A stretch of DNA of 64,000 bases from assembly GCA_001179505.1 (NCBI GenBank), contig CDMY01000253.1, forward strand, positions 1-64,000, read 5' to 3'. Below the pieces are notes generated by a model that was not told where the DNA came from, made no database searches, and saw only the letters and a list, made by a program, of their open reading frames with translations. The position numbers were made by a program, and so were the translations under genes. This stretch comes from Vitrella brassicaformis CCMP3155. Its lineage: Eukaryota > Protista > Chromerida. Shown here one piece after another: positions 13,506 through 27,100 of the stretch (position 1 is its first letter; each line of letters begins with the position of its first letter).

Positions 13506-14184
13506 ATGTCACTGCAGGAGTCCAGGATGTCGAACAGCGGGACACTCAAACGTACGCCTGTGGGCGAGCACTGCATAGCAGTGCAGAAAGGGATGGCTGG
13601 ATGACACAAGCTCATTGAGGGCCTACTTGAGTCTTCTTTCCCTCCTGTGTGTGTCAATCAGGCATCAACAGCGCCGACAAGGGGTGAGAAGCGAGGCAAC
13701 CGAGCCCCACCGGGAATGTCGTGTTTCATGGTGGATGGGATGGCTGGCGACTGTGTGCAGGCTGAGCCTGCCCCCGATGAGCATCGACGCGCCGACTCGC
13801 GGCCCAGAGTACACACGCGTGTTCTACAGCAGGTCGGTCGGGCTGGCCCATTGCAAGCATTCTCTGCACGGTCTGTCTGTCTGTCTATGTGTCTGTCACA
13901 CAGGTCAAATGCCGTGTACGGCTCGCAGCAGCCGTCTCGGCTGGAGCCGCCCAAGCACGGCCTCAATGGCAGATACGCGGAGCTGCTCGCCAAGGCCGGC
14001 CCTTACAGGTGGGCAAATGGACACACACATGGGAGGGAGGGAGGGAGGGTGAGTGAGTGGGGCATGGCGACGGTGCATCCACCACCAATTGTGTGTGTGA
14101 TGTAGGTATTTCGGCCTGAAGACCAAGGTGGACACGGCTCGGTGGATCGATGGCGAAAAGGACTGGATTGACAAGTCGATTTGA
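13506..14184 (+). CDS. Small protein resembling PIERCE1/2 / FAP182 (DUF4490) axonemal microtubule inner proteins
   Basis: Five phase-compatible exons give about 107 aa: MSLQESRMSNSGTLKRINSADKGLSLPPMSIDAPTRGPEYTRVFYSRSNAVYGSQQPSRLEPPKHGLNGRYAELLAKAGPYRYFGLKTKVDTARWIDGEKDWIDKSI*. The Y-x-x-SN-x-x-YGS-x-x-P...G-x-YR-x-x-x-L-x-T-x-x-D pattern matches my recollection of the PIERCE family. Confidence 0.6.
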
Positions 14185-17100
14185 CATGTATACTATTCAT
14201 GCCGTCAATGCTCGACCACCGACTCTGTGCACTCGAACATTCGTCAGTGTTGGCGCTTGCTGGGGAAGGACTCTTATGTGTCTCGAGTGCATGTGTAGTG
14301 TGTGAATGAGGGACGCCTCGCGCGTGTGCGCGCGTGTGTGTGTGCAAGTGGCAGTGAAGGACCCTCCTATTTATCTATCTATCCATCAATCCATCGTCAG
14401 TCAGCCACCCCGCATGCACACGACACAGCCGTCCACTCGGGTCGGTCAGGAGCCGTCCGTCGGTCGCTCTATCTCTCTATCTCTCTCTGTCTCTGTCTCT
14501 CTTGGCTGATGGGTTACAAGGATCGAACAGACTCACAGGCAGGGAGCGAGGCAGAGAGGTAGGTAGGTACAAAACAGACAGACACAGAAGAGACCTCTAG
14601 ACCCTGCTGGCTGCATGTCTCACAGCTATAGCAATTGCACATTCATCCATCCATCCACTCATCGGTCGGCCGGTCCGCGGCCTAAATGCCGCAGCAACCA
14701 GCCCAGATACATACACACACACACACAGGTAGGTAGGTACACAGCCAGTACGTCTTCGCCGATCGGTCAGAAGATGGATCGATGCGGGCGTGTAGCTATC
14801 TATGGGCTCACTCACTCTCGACGGAACGGACGGCTACCTCCAGGTTTTTGCGGAGGCACCCACCCCCCCATGGCCACCCACGCCGCGCCCCAGACCGCAG
14901 CTTGTTTGTCGTTTACGTCATTATTTCTCAATAACAAAAGCACAGCATCGCATTCATTCATTACGTATGGACGTACGTATGCAGCACTTACCACTTAGCA
15001 CATGAGGTATAGCACATAAGAGAGATATATCGATGAGCCCATCGATGGATGCCACACGCGCACACGCGCACACGCACACACGCCACGCTTTTCCTGTACA
15101 TAACCATACACACACACACACAGAGACAGACAGACAGAGACAGACCGATATCCCTCCCTGTACAACAACACGCCACGGATGGGAGAGTGTGTGGGGGTGT
15201 GAGAGCGCCTTTTGCACCACACAGGCAGGCCGGAAAAAACAAGCAGAGCAAGTAGGGAAGGAAGGAAAAGCACGCAGACAGGCAGACAGGCAGACACGCA
15301 CACCGCACCATACCGCACCACGCCAGTCGTCAGCATTAGAATGATATGTACGACAGGTATGCATCCGATGCACCTCTATGACATGACATGATGTGGCCAG
15401 CCACATCCGATGGCATCACCCGCACGGATGAACGTTGCAGAAAAGAACGTCAACATCAACGGGTGGGCAGGTCGGCAAATGGATGGATGGATGGATGGAC
15501 GGATGGACGGCATGGCATGGCGGCCGCTGAGGTGAACTGGCCGGGCCGCCATCTCTCCTGTCTGTCTTTCTGTCTCCTTCTCTCTCTGTGGGTGCTCACT
15601 AAGTGTGTTGTATGTGCGTTGCCTGCGGGCGGAAGGCATGTGATGTGCCACATCACACCCGGCAGACACGTATCGTGGTCATCATGAAGCATGTCAACCT
15701 GATGCGGCAGGATTCATGCCAACCACAGCGCGTGCACCGCACACCCCTGTGTTACGTGACCGCATTGATCCAAGCCGCCGTGCGCCCGCCCTCCCTCCCT
15801 TTCTCTCAGGCCGCCACGCCAGGAAAAATATGGAGGCACTTAGTGAAGTTGTGACGACTGAAACACCTATGTTTGTATGGACGGATGAATGGATGGATGG
15901 ATGTACCTACCTGAATTGTGGGAATGAGTGAGTCAGTGGGTGAATGGGTGGGTGGTGGGGTGGGGTGGGTGCGATGTGACGTCAGCCATGACAGACAGAC
16001 ACGTACGGACACACACAGGTACACTACACACACGTGCGATCGAGCTGGTCAGCACACACAGACAGACAGACAGGTAGACAGATTGTGCGGGCGTGGTGAT
16101 GTGTTATGTTATGGCTGTGGTGCGAGACCCTCCCTCCCGCCCTCTCTCCCTGCCTCCCTGCAGCCAGTAGGTCAATTCATCAAATGCAGAAAATAGATAA
16201 GATACCTGGCTGTCTGTCCATGGGCGGGGGGCTGGGCGGGTGGATAGATGGATGGATGTGTGCACTGAGTGAGTGAGTGAGTGAGTGTGCGGGTGGGTGG
16301 GTGAGTGCGATCGATCGATCGATGGTATGGATGGTAGGTATGAAGTGGCACAACCCCCTTTCTGTCTCTCTTGTCGGTCTGGCTGGCTGGCTGGCTGTCT
16401 GGCTGTCGGGCTGTCTGTCTGCTCAGGTCGTTCCTTCCCCTGCCAGTCACCGATGGATCGACATAGAGAGATTAGTCAGCCCAACAACCATTACCCACCC
16501 ACCCCCACGGCTGTCTGTCTTTGCGTCGGTCTCTTTCCCCTCACACCACCCACATGAGCGAATTCTCTCATCATCTGTGGCTGCCTCTTCCTTCGTTGGT
16601 TCGTTCGTTCGTTGGTTTGCCTGCCTGATTACATTTCCGTCTGTCTGTCTATCATCCCGGACCCCGCGCACAGGCACAGCACAGAGAGTAGCTAGCTATG
16701 AGCATGTCACACGCACACACGACACACGGACATCCAATGAGCAAACCAAGCCAAAGAGAAATAGAGAAAACACAGGAGCGGTTTCTTGCTCCTTTCGTGC
16801 ACACAATCACGTCATGCAGGCGCATACACACAGACAGACAGGCAGACAGGCAGACAGGCAGACAGGCAGACAGGCACCACAGACACTTGACTCACTGACC
16901 CAACGAACCCATCGATGTGCGCAGCGCATCCATCACACACATACACAGAGAGGAAAGTCCAGAAGGTATGACTAGTTATCCACGCACACACAGACAGACA
17001 GACAGGCACATACATACGCACACACATATGTAAGACACCACACCACAGCAACCAAGCCAAGCTACCCTCCCCCCACCACTCACCATCTCTCCCGCCATGC

Positions 17101-17486
17101 AAGCCTGCCATGGATCGTTGTCGAATTGTTTGCCTATACAGACACCGCCGACCGCTTGGTGCATCCACATCACATACACACCCGCTCCCTCCCGCTCCCT
17201 CCCTCCCTCTCCCAAACAAAGCCACCCCACCCACACATCCCTCTCCCTCCCCGCCCTCAGCAGCAGCATCCATCGTACACAGATAGCAAGATAGATAAGA
17301 AAACCCAGATAAACAAGACATGTCAATAAACAAGCGAGCCGAGCAATCAACAAGGAAGCATCACTGTGTCTGTCTATCGCATCGCATCGCATCTCACCCA
17401 CAGACAGACAGACAGATGCAGACACGGTCGAATGCCCCCTTTCCCTCCCTCCCTCCCTCCCTCCCTCTCTCCCCGCAATACATCCA

Positions 17487-18960
17487 TCACACGGCCACAG
17501 GTAGTGCCACCCTGAGCATGCCGATCCTTGGGTGCTTGTGGGGCCGCTTGGTCACGATGCTCTCGCACGCCATCTGGTGCTTCCTCCCCCCTCCCACCAC
17601 TCCTCCTACGCCCTTGTCCTCGCACTCGCCACCCCGCCGCTGCTGCTGCTGCATCTGCTGCATCGTCACGCACACGTGCATCCCCCTCCCCGCCTCCCTC
17701 TCCCTCTCCCTTTCGCGCTTGCTGCACGAGCCTGAGACGCTGCCCACATCCACTGCGTCGTTGTTGTGCTGCCCATTGTGTCCCCGCTTGAGGAAGCAGA
17801 GGAGGGAGGCGACGACATCGTCGCTGGGTCGTGTGAAGGTGGGCGGTGGGCGGGGGGGCTTGGGGGGGAGCGACTGGGGTATGGGCAGGATGAGGGGGCG
17901 GGTGCGGCGCGATGATGGCTTGGGCGGGTAGCCGTCGAAGAGCGCCAGACGCAGACCTGATATATCGGATGGATGGAAGGAGGGAGAATAACACATCACA
18001 TCACATGGGATGGGGGGTGTGTTTAGGTTGTTTGTTGCTGTGTCTGCTGTGCTGTGCTGTGCTTACCGTCGTCTTGGTGGATGGGTGCGATGGGTTTGGG
18101 GTCGAAGGGGTCACTGGTCGGCTTGGCGGTGACGGAAAACAAATAGTTGCCACACATCAGGCAGTGGACAGCTGACACACACACACACACACACACAGCC
18201 AGCCACACAGACAGAGAGAGATGCGTGCATCACCTCAGACGACGCCAACACACATCGCTCCCCGCCCTTCGCCCCCTCCTTTTTCTCCGTACCTGCGTCA
18301 CTATTCCTGTGTGAGCACCGCCAGCACGTGACACCACCCCTGCACCCTCCCCCTGCAGCGGCTTTCTGCTTCTGCTTGACCCCACTGGCACCCCCCACCC
18401 CGTGGCCACCCTCATGGTGGCACGACGACCCCTCTGTGGTCGTCACTTTGTCGACGCGCCGCCTGCCGGTGGGCGTGGGGGTCCGATCGTCATAGATGTA
18501 GCCATTGACGACCCGCTCGGGACCCCGCTCCATGTAGATGGCTATCGCATCGTCGATGGGCATCGCTAAGCCTGCCCTTACTGCTGCTGCTGCTGCTGCT
18601 TGCTGCTGCAGAGAGAGATGGTCGGGCCACTCGGCAACCAGCAGAGAGAGACGCGGAAGGGATGAGGGAGTGCCGTCACTCAGCTTGAGGGCATTCCCCT
18701 CTCGGCTGGCTGCTCTGCTGCCCGCCCTGCCGAGTCAATGGGAGACCGTTGCTTACGTCGTTGCTGCTGCTGTCGTTGCAAGGGCAGCCTGCCCCACCTG
18801 CTGTGATTGTGTGGTGGTTGCTGCTGCAGGTCAGTCACTGCCACTCAGACAGACAGACAGACAAGCAGACAGGCGAGAGATGGATGGAGCGGCGAAGCAA
18901 TGAGAGAGGAGCTGGTGAGGGTCGGTCAGGCTCGTGGCCTGGAGCTCGGCAGCTCGGGCG
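17487..18960 (-). CDS. Low-complexity protein with a RanBP2-type zinc finger (start uncertain)
   Basis: Splicing across the intron at ~18172-18291 yields TCWRCSHRNSDA|AVHCLMCGNYLF, which fits C-x2-C-x3-N-x6-C-x2-C. A Pro/Gln-rich last exon ends at 17487. Confidence 0.6.
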
Positions 18961-19313
18961 CATCCATTCCTCCGAGTCCACTTGCGAGCTTAGCCGTTGG
19001 AGGAACGGGAAGAATAGTGGCCAGACTCCTCGCCGCGCGGGAGGCGTCCAGAGAGTTTTGGAGAGGAGAATCCAAAACCACAGCCACTCCCGAACCGTGG
19101 CGGTTGGTTCAGACTGCGCAAGATCTCGGGCGGAGGCACTGCCGTCTCCTTCCTTCATAGACGATGTCAAAGTCAGAGGTGTAATGTCAGACGATTCCCC
19201 ACCGATCTCCCTTGATATCTACATGCACTCCCTGGCAGGACTCCTGCCTAGTGCTGCCACTCACACAGTCGCCCAGCCTGTCTGTCTCATTGTCCCCTAC
19301 TTGGCCACTCAGA

Positions 19314-20493
19314 TCAGATCAGCACGATGGGCTGCGCATGCGGCAGCTTGTATCTGCCCGAAAACACCAGACCCTCCCCTGCCCCTTCCTCCCCCTCCTT
19401 TTCGCCCCTGCCACACAGTATCTTGAGAGCCCCGCCGCTCAGCGAGTGACCAAACATCACAACTACCCTCTCACCATCGCCCCCTGTCTGTTGCTCTCGA
19501 CTCGCAATCTCATCAAGCAGCTCGGCACACCGCAGAAGCACCTCCGCGAAGTTCTCCGAGCCCTCATTGGGTGCGTCCAGGTCCTTGACGAGGCAATTCT
19601 GGAAGCGGTAGAGCAGGTGCAGCGGGTGGGACGGATCGGTGTCGTCGACACGCATGTTCTCCTTTGTGCCGAACCGCAGCTCCGTCAGCCGCTCGTCTGT
19701 CCGGTAGCCATCGAGCACGAAAGCGGGGTTGCCATAGCCCTTGATGCAGTCGATGAAGGCCTGCGCTGTGTCTGTGGCGCGCGAGAGGGGGCTGGACAAC
19801 ACGCTGATGCGACGGGGGTTCGGCGCAAGGGATGACAGGTAGTCGCAGAGCGATGAAGCCGCCTCCCGCGCCTGGCATGACAGACAGACAGACAGACAGG
19901 CAGGCACACACACGTGAGCTGCAAATGAGCGATGCACCGACTGTCAACAGACATGTAGGGTTTCTCACTCACTCACCTGTTGCCTGCCATTGTCATTGAG
20001 TGCATTGATTGGGCTCTCGTCTATGTGCCCTTGAAATGTCCTCACGGCGTTTGCAGGCGTCTCGCCATGCCGCACAAACACCAGGTGACAACCGACAGGC
20101 CACCCGTCCACCGCCTGCAGATCAGACACACTCACTGGACGGATGGATGCATGTCTATCGTCTTGCAGCAATGAATCAATCACCGTAGCACTCACTCCTC
20201 ACCCTTGTCTTCCGCCCAGCATCACAGCACAGCAGCCGTCCTCCCTCCTCGTCAATGCACAGGCCCCTCTCCCGCAGCTTCGCCTGCATCTTCGGCAGGT
20301 ACTCCTCGCCATAGGCCGTCTTCAGGTCCCTGAGGAACTGCCTGTACACCTGCTGATCTCCCTCCTCCATCATGATCGTGCCGCTCGTTCGGCTGTGGAT
20401 AGACCTGCCGGCGCGAAGAGGGTGGGGCGTCTTTGGGTGCAAAAAGAATGAGACCAGTGATATGGTGACAAGAGGGCCCAGGAATGCTGTCAT
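19314..20493 (-). CDS. Histidine phosphatase / phosphoglycerate mutase superfamily protein, possible plastid leader
   Basis: HLVFVRHGETPAN...FQG (RHG motif), SSPLSRATDTA, RLTELRFG, ENF and VVVMFGHS form the complete branch-1 His-phosphatase motif set. The N-terminus is MTAFLGPLVTISLVSFFLHPKTPHPLRAGRSIHSR. Confidence 0.88.
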
Positions 20494-21130
20494 ACAGGCT
20501 TGTCGATTCCTCACGACGACAGTGATTGTGGAGAGCGGTTTCACGGATAGAAATGCGAGCTACGCTTAAAGCTCGCATTTGTCCGGGGCGTTCGTTGACC
20601 ACATTCCTTGTCTGTGTGTGATGATATCGCTCAACATGATAGGAGGCGAGAGCCATTTCCATTTGGAGTGCTGATTTTTTTATCCGGTGGTCGATCCGGA
20701 CGTGATTTGACGACTTTCCAGCTCCTTCTCCGCTTCTTCAAGGTGAGTTCACCGATAGGTATGACCCGGTTGGCACACCCAGGCAGTCAGTGTCGAGAAA
20801 TGTGAATGAATTACCGACACCTCCGGCCGATCGACCTGGCCTCGTTTGAGCCTTTCCCATGAGCCAGGGGGTCCAGGCAGGCAGGGCGATGCTCGTGTAG
20901 GCCGTTTTGACAGGTAGAGGTGGGTTGTGGCAAGGTTTGAGTGAAGCGGGGCGCATAGCTATGGCAGGCAGAGTCAGTGCAGTTCAGGGACGGCGGTGGT
21001 GCGGTGCCTTTTGAGCCGTGTCATCAGGTGTTCGTTCGTGTGCGTTGCATTTGACACGGCTCATGCGTCTGTTCTCACTTTTGTCCTTCTGTTTGTGTGT
21101 TGTGTGTCAGCCTGGCCCCAACCGAGCGCA

Positions 21131-24100
21131 ATGAATGAGTCGATGCTGGGAGGTGGCGCATCGTCGTCAGCTGCTGCTGCAGCTGCTGCCGCTGCGCCAG
21201 GACCTGCCTTGCCAGTGCCACCGCCCGCACAGCGGCGAAACCGCTCCCGCCCCGCCCCACCGCCTCTCCTGACGGATGACCTGCCGGACGATCTCATGGC
21301 TCTGCCACCCTTCCCCAACGCCCCACCGCCACGCATCCCATTTCCACTCGGCCATGGGCTCGACCACCACCCTTTTGACCTCGAGCAGCCCTTCGAGAGG
21401 GAGAGGGATAGGGATAGGGAGAGGGAGAGGGACAGGAAGGCCGGTGGGGGTGCGGCAGCAGGGGCCAACAACAACAAGGACATGCCCATTAAGAAGCAGG
21501 CCATGAACTGGGCCAAGATGCAGCTCTACTTCCACAAGCTTCTCGTCCTTGATCCTGCGAGTGGTGGTGCTGGGGCGGCGAGTGCGGCGAGTGCGGCGGC
21601 GGCGGATGTCAACGGGGCGGCGGAGCAGCGGTTCCTGATTAACACGAATTTGGGAGGGGGAGGGCGGAAGGGCCAAGGTCTCCCGACCAAGGAGGACTTT
21701 GAGAGCGCCATCCGGTTCCTGCAGGAGACCAACTCCATGCCTGATGTGAAGGAGTATGCGGACCCCCACTACGAGGACGCCCAGAACGCCCTCACGCCGT
21801 TCCAGCAGGTCAGTGGGGGGGGGGGGGGGGGGGGGGNNNNNNNNNNNNNNNNNNNNNNNNNNNNNNNNNNNNNNNNNNNNNNNNNNNNNNNNNNNNNNNN
21901 NNNNNNNNNNNNNNNNNNNNNNNNNNNNNNNNNNNNNNNNNNNNNNNNNNNNNNNNNNNNNNNNNNNNNNNNNNNNNNNNNNNNNNNNNNNNNNNNNNNN
22001 NNNNNNNNNNNNNNNNNNNNNNNNNNNNNNNNNNNNNNNNNNNNNNNNNNNNNNNNNNNNNNNNNNNNNNNNNNNNNNNNNNNNNNNNNNNNNNNNNNNN
22101 NNNNNNNNNNNNNNNNNNNNNNNNNNNNNNNNNNNNGGGGTGGGTGACACACCAACCAACACAAGCACAGACAGACAGAGGCATTAATATGCGAGTATCT
22201 TCCCTCTCTGTGGGTTTGTCTGGTCTCTCTCTCTCTATATATCTCTCTCTCTCAGCGATACCACCACATATGGCAGCGGCTCCCGAGTTCCCCTCCCCGC
22301 TCACCCCCAGGCCTGTCGCTCAACCGCCTTCGCCGCGGCGGCTCCCCGCCCCGCCTGCCACGCAAGAAGCGTGCCCCCCAACCACAGGTGGCCATGGTGG
22401 CCACCCATCAGCCCACCGGCACGGCAGCGTATGTCGTCTTGAACGCCGTGGAGCAGGCGCCGCCCGACCCGGCCAAGGAGAAGGAGATCAACGAGGTGCT
22501 CGACTCCCTGTGGTATGAGCAAGCCCAGCGAAAGGTGGTCAAGGTAGACGCGCCGCCCGAGGTGGCAGAGTGGGCGGAGCAGCAATCGCAGGGGAGGGGC
22601 AGGTCGCCGACACGCGGCAAGAAGGGCTCGCCGAGGGGGAGGAAGGGTAAGGGCGGTCGTGGTGGGAGGGGAGGGGGGAGGCCCCCTGAGCCCCCCGAGG
22701 CCGATGACTCGCCATCCCGCTTCATCGGCCAGTGTGCGGAAGTCGACGTGGTGCCGTCGGCTGATGGTCTGCCACAGCCCTCCCAACAGCCCCACCCGCC
22801 CCGCATTCCCTCTGCCCCATTCTCTGAGTCACTCACGTCGCCAGCATGCTCACCGTCCGGCCCTGTTCGCCGTGAGGCATCGGCACCCGCCCCCCCTCCG
22901 CCCCACAACGGTTCCACTTCTGCCGCTGCGGCTGCCGCTGCTGCTGCTGCTGCTGGTGGTGGTGAGCCGGCACAGTTGCCTGTGGGTGAGCCGCTCCTTC
23001 CGGACCCCTCGGATATGCCTGAGCACGTCAGTGAGCCCCCAACCGGCCCGGCTGAGCAAAGCCCCATCGACTACCAAATCGCCGAGGTCCACCCGATCAA
23101 CACGTACGAGAAGTACGCCATCGTGTCGAGCAGGAGACACCGGCAGGCTCCACAGGCCACTGTGGACGACCAGAAGGTGCGCTACCGCCCCTGGCTCAAG
23201 GCCGTCGTCCGCGGCACCTTCAAGGAGTTCGGCCTGCCTGTCGTCGACAGGCCGGGGCCCAGCCTGCCGGTGGTGGTGGTGGGGAATGAGAAGTGGAGGT
23301 GGCTGCCCCTGAGAGGGGCCGACATGAAGGCCCTCGACAAGCTGGAGCTGGATGAGGAGGAGACCGAGGCGCTGCGGGCTGCCGAGGAGTTCATGGACGA
23401 GAGGAAGCTGGAGGACCTGGAGGCCAACGAGGTGGCGCAGCTGACCCTGCACGAGTACCTGGGCCACTTCGTACGGACCAAGCAGGTCAACAAGTGCAAG
23501 AACGAGCTGATGCGCCTCGTGCAGCAGGAGGCCCTCGCACCCCCACACCCCAATGAGCCCGAGGAGACCAAGGCCATGACCGACCGCAGCTACGCCAGCA
23601 ACCAGTGGGCCGCCTGTCTGCGCGCCTTCGTCAACGCACACGCCGACCACATCCCGCCCCCGCCCCCTCCGCCCCCTCCGCCCCAGGACGAAAGCAACAA
23701 GCCCCNNNNNNNNNNNNNNNNNNNNNNNNNNNNNNNNNNNNNNNNNNNNNNNNNNNNNNNNNNNNNNNNNNNNNNNNNNNNNNNNNNNNNNNNNNNNNNN
23801 NNNNNNNNNNNNNNNNNNNNNNNNNNNNNNNNNNNNNNNNNNNNNNNNNNNNNNNNNNNNNNNNNNNNNNNNNNNNNNNNNNNNNNNNNNNNNNNNNNNN
23901 NNNNNNNNNNNNNNNNNNNNNNNNNNNNNNNNNNNNNNNNNNNNNNNNNNNNNNNNNNNNNNNNNNNNNNNNNNNNNNNNNNNNNNNNNNNNNNNNNNNN
24001 NNNNNAAAGCAACAAGCCCCCTGACACGCCGCAAGGACAGAGCCAGCCAGCCGCGGCCGCCGCAGCAGCAGCCAGTGCAGGAGCAGGGTCGCCATCCCAC

Positions 24101-27100
24101 CACACCCACGGGCACAACACACGCGGGCATGGGCAGCATGGCCATGGACACAGTGATGCCGCGGGGTCGTCATCTGCAGCAGCAGCTGCCGCCAGTGGTG
24201 ATACGGGTGTGTCTGGGCAGGACAAGCCGGGGGCTGGTGGTGAGGGGTCTGGCGAGGCAAACGTCAATGAGAAGGAGAAGCAGAAGAAGGAGAAGAAGAA
24301 AAAGCAAGAACAACAGTTCTGCAGGTGGGCGAGAGGGACAGGGAGGGAGGGGGTTGTGAGTTCTGGTGGGGGGATGGTGCAGTGCCTCTGAGTGTGTGTT
24401 GTGTGTAATGTGTTGTGTGCAGTGTGTGTTTCGGTGCCGGCGGGGACAGCCTCAACGAAATCAAGGAGTGCCAGAGGTGCTTTGTCACGGTGCACAAGAA
24501 CTGCTATGCAGGTGAGACAAACAAGGAGAGTGAGTGAGAGGGAGGGAGAGACCAATGGACATACTGTCTGTCTGTCTGTCTGTGTGGTGTCATCCATCCA
24601 TCCATCAGCCGCCCGCCAGACGAAGTTCAAGGAGCCCCAGGAGAACCAGCTCTGGTACTGCGACCGGTGCCAGGCAGAGATGAAAAAGAAGCGGCACATC
24701 TTCATCCCTCGCTCCCAAAAGTGCGCGATATGCGGGTGGCCGGGCGGCGCGCTCAAGAAGACCACCGACAACCGGTGGGTGCACGTGACCTGTGCCGTCT
24801 GGCTGCTGCCCTACGGCATCACCTGCCGCAAAATGCTCACATACGAGGGGTGGGACCTCACCCATATCAAGCCCGAACGCGCCGGCAAGACCTGCTGCAT
24901 CTGCAACCGCTCTGGGGGTAAGTGAGTCAGCGAGCCACCTTCCCCCCCCCACCCCCCCCACCACTAGCACTCCCCACCACACACGATGCATGCCCCCCTC
25001 CATCCATCCATCCATTTCTGTGAATGTGTGCAGGTTTCACAGTCCCGTGCAGTCACATCCCCGCCGACGGCTCCCCCTGCTGCGACAAGTCCTTCCACCC
25101 CATGTGTGCGTGGTACGAGGGCCTCTTCTGCCGCGCAGCCCTCATGGGCCCCGTGCAGCAGCCCGACGAGTCCAACAAGCAGTGGCGTGCGCGTGTCGAC
25201 CAGGAGGCGTTAACTGAGCACTTCATGACGTGGCAGGGGATGCCTGACAAGGCGTTTCCCAAGCTGCAGGTGGCCGTCTACTGCCCAGAACACACACCTC
25301 CTGAGGCCAAGGAGCGCAGGTGCGTCTTGACGAAAGAGAGAGGAAGGGGCGGGGGGGGAGAGGGGAACACTGACGCACTCAGCCGCCTCTTTGTGTTGTG
25401 TGGACGGTCAGGTCAATAAGTGACCAGAAGGAGTACCGGCACAAGGGCCTGGTCAACCGCGACTGCCGCCCCGACCTCCACGACAAAAAGCGAGGCCGCA
25501 CCAGGCAGGAAACGGCTGGACTCAGCAACGACCGACTAGAGTTCGACCCCCGCGCCATGGGCCTCGTTTTGAAACCCGACACAAACGCTCCCAACATATG
25601 TGTCCGCCCCAAGGTCAGTCAGCCAGCAGGAGAGAGCAGGCCAGACAATACACGGACACACAAACAACCTTTCTCTCGTTCTGTGTATGATCGCGATGGA
25701 TGCGATGCAGGCGTCGTTGCGTGACGGCGAGGCCCAAGCCGCCCTCAGCCATCTCACAGGCGCCGCACCCCCACCCCCACCACCCAAGGACATGCCGAAG
25801 TCGGCAAAGGTGAGAATGGAGGCGGCGGCAGCAGCAGCGCGGAAAGCCCTTACCTCCCGTGGCGACTCCCCTGCGCGCAAGGCCGAGTCGACCATGTCTG
25901 AGGGCCTGTCTGCGGCCGACGGCCTCAACTCACGTGCACGTCGTCAACCGGCGCGCGACCAGCGGCGCAGGAAGCAGAGACGACACATGGAGGCGAAACA
26001 CGCCAGGGGTGGGCTGGTCCCCCTCAGCCGCAACCTTGAAGCCGATGACGATGACGGCTTTTACGCGCTGCACACCATCAAGGAAGAGCCGGTAGAGGAC
26101 GAGCACCTCCCCGCCGCCGCTGCCCAAGTTGAGCCACCCACGCCGCCATCCCGCCCCAAGCGCAAGAGAGAGAAGGGCGGCAAGGGGGGCAGTGACAAGA
26201 AGAAGCTCAGGAGGGACAAGGAGGAGGACCACCCTGCCCCCGATGCTGCCGAGGACGAGCAGCCACCGGCCCCCCCTGTCGAGGAGGCACTCCCCCTCGA
26301 TGCTGCCGAGGACGAGCAGCCACCGGCCCCCCCTGTCGAGGAGGCACTCCCCCCCGATGCTGCCACCGGCCCCCCCTGTCGAGGAGGCACTCCCCCCCGA
26401 TGCTGCCGAGGACGAGCAGCCACCGGCCCCCCCTGTCGAGGAGGAGGAGGAGCAGCCACCGCTCCCTGCGCCTCCCCCTGGCCCACCACCTCCACTGCTC
26501 CCACCACCACCACCAGCCCCCGCTGCCCCCTCTACTGCCCATCGCCCCCTAACTAGGGCGCAGACCAAGGGGGAGGGGGCGGCCGTCAAGAAGGAAGGGG
26601 AGGGCCCGAAGACTTGTGTCAAGCGCAAGGCGCCGCAGTCTCTGGGCCCTAGACGGCCCACCAAGCGGCAGAAGGCGGCCAGCAGCCGCGGCGAGAAGCG
26701 CAAGGGCACCGTCGACGAGCCCGAGGAGCCACGCCGCACGAAGACCGCCAGGACAGCCGCCAAGCCCAAGGCTGCCAAGACCAAGGCCAAGGCTGTCAAG
26801 AAGACCCGCGCTGTGGCCAAACCCAAGACGGCTGCCGCCAAGCCCAAGGCCAAGGCGGTACGGACGCACACACATGGACACACGCACATCCGCCACACCA
26901 TGCCACAGGGGCCATGAAGGCACATGTTATGTTGTCCTGTTGTGTGTGGTGTGTTGACCTGCCTGTATCCCTGCGCGCGCAGAGCGTTCGCAAGCCCATC
27001 ACCAAGAAGCCCAAGGCGGCGGCCAAGGGCAAGGCCAAACCCAAGGCCAAAGGTGCGCCCCCACTCGACCTACAACCCACGACCTACTCCCTCACACACG

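Noticed and set aside
14300-17400. Numerous 60-230 aa ORFs rich in VCVC, THTH and DRQT
   Set aside because: These are translations of (GT)n, (CA)n, (CAGA)n and (GGAT)n microsatellites. The same applies to most short ORFs across the window.
26242-26441. CRISPR-like or other RNA array interpretation of the tandem repeats
   Set aside because: The units are contiguous with no unique spacers, lie in a eukaryotic coding exon, and have no cas genes nearby. I also recognised no tRNA or rRNA genes anywhere in the window.
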